Positions 63,856-64,000 of a DNA stretch of 64,000 nt are shown here, in pieces; the first letter of the stretch is position 1; the number at the start of each line of letters is the position of its first letter. Both the position numbers and the translations under genes were made by a program. The notes under the pieces were generated by a model. That model was not told the origin of the DNA and did not search any database. It saw only the letters and a list, made by a program, of their open reading frames with translations. The stretch covers positions 47,610 through 111,609 of the forward strand of contig CAVHUG010000010.1 in assembly GCA_963639155.1 (NCBI GenBank), read 5' to 3'. The stretch comes from Pseudobutyrivibrio sp. GTDB taxonomy: Bacteria; Bacteroidota; Bacteroidia; Bacteroidales; Marinilabiliaceae.

Positions 63856-63863
63856 TATATTTG
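63856..63863 (+). promoter_or_regulatory. -7 promoter box TATATTTG upstream of the last lipoprotein gene
   Basis: Exact TAnnTTTG match, 37 nt upstream of the ATG at 63901. Confidence 0.5.
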
Positions 63864-63900
63864 CCAACGTTAACTCAAAAAGTGCTAAGCACATTAAAAA

Positions 63901-64000
63901 ATGACAAGATATCTCGTATATGCCGCATGCGCTGCGGCTCTGTCGATCTCTTTCTCCGCTTGCAGCGACGATGATGACGACCCAAAGATCGTCGTCCCAA
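63901..64000 (+). CDS. Lipoprotein, N-terminal fragment (continues beyond the window)
   Basis: MTRYLVYAACAAALSISFSAC followed by SDDDDDPK, which is a lipobox plus an acidic surface-export signal. It is probably another PUL surface protein. Confidence 0.7.
   Translation, partial: MTRYLVYAACAAALSISFSACSDDDDDPKIVVP

Overview
This window is a chromosomal segment from a GC-rich Bacteroidota genome, probably Bacteroidales. The evidence is a SusC/SusD pair, T9SS PorP/SprF and type-B CTD genes, acidic lipoprotein export signals after the lipobox Cys, and recurrent TAnnTTTG -7 promoter boxes. About 45 genes fill almost all of the sequence. Most are housekeeping: rpoA-rplQ; surA-like and OstA-like envelope genes; a contiguous tRNA-Leu/tig/clpP/clpX/lon/rsfS/ftsH proteostasis block; lptB; prfB with its programmed +1 frameshift, visible in the sequence; rimM; udk; recO; pheS; dgt; asnS.

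I found no rRNA, CRISPR array, transposase, integrase, prophage or recognisable defence genes. The many long antisense ORFs in the track are artefacts of GC-rich codon bias.

Four neighbourhoods are not ordinary core genes:
- 27.1-36.6 kb holds an aryl-polyene/flexirubin-type lipid tailoring and export gene set. It has a hotdog dehydratase, GT2-DUF2062, an MMPL-acyltransferase fusion, a PaaK-like ligase coupled to a fused E1 alpha/beta-like TPP protein, and a LolA-like protein. It has no ketosynthase, ACP or ketoreductase core and is interrupted by recO.
- 40.4-48.7 kb holds a T9SS type-B cargo / PorP / PD40-PKD / unknown secreted protein operon. A propeller-Y_Y_Y-SpoIIE(PP2C) sensor phosphatase lies next to it, with no partner-switching genes in view.
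- 24.8-26.3 kb holds two tandem YfiR/DUF4154 paralogs with no diguanylate cyclase partner. They are separated by an AT-rich spacer containing a GC-rich structured island.
- 56.7-64.0 kb holds a PUL fragment whose third gene has an internally duplicated putative glycan-binding module.

The first two are my best candidates for undescribed biology. Both rest on motif-level recognition without database searches, so confidence is moderate.
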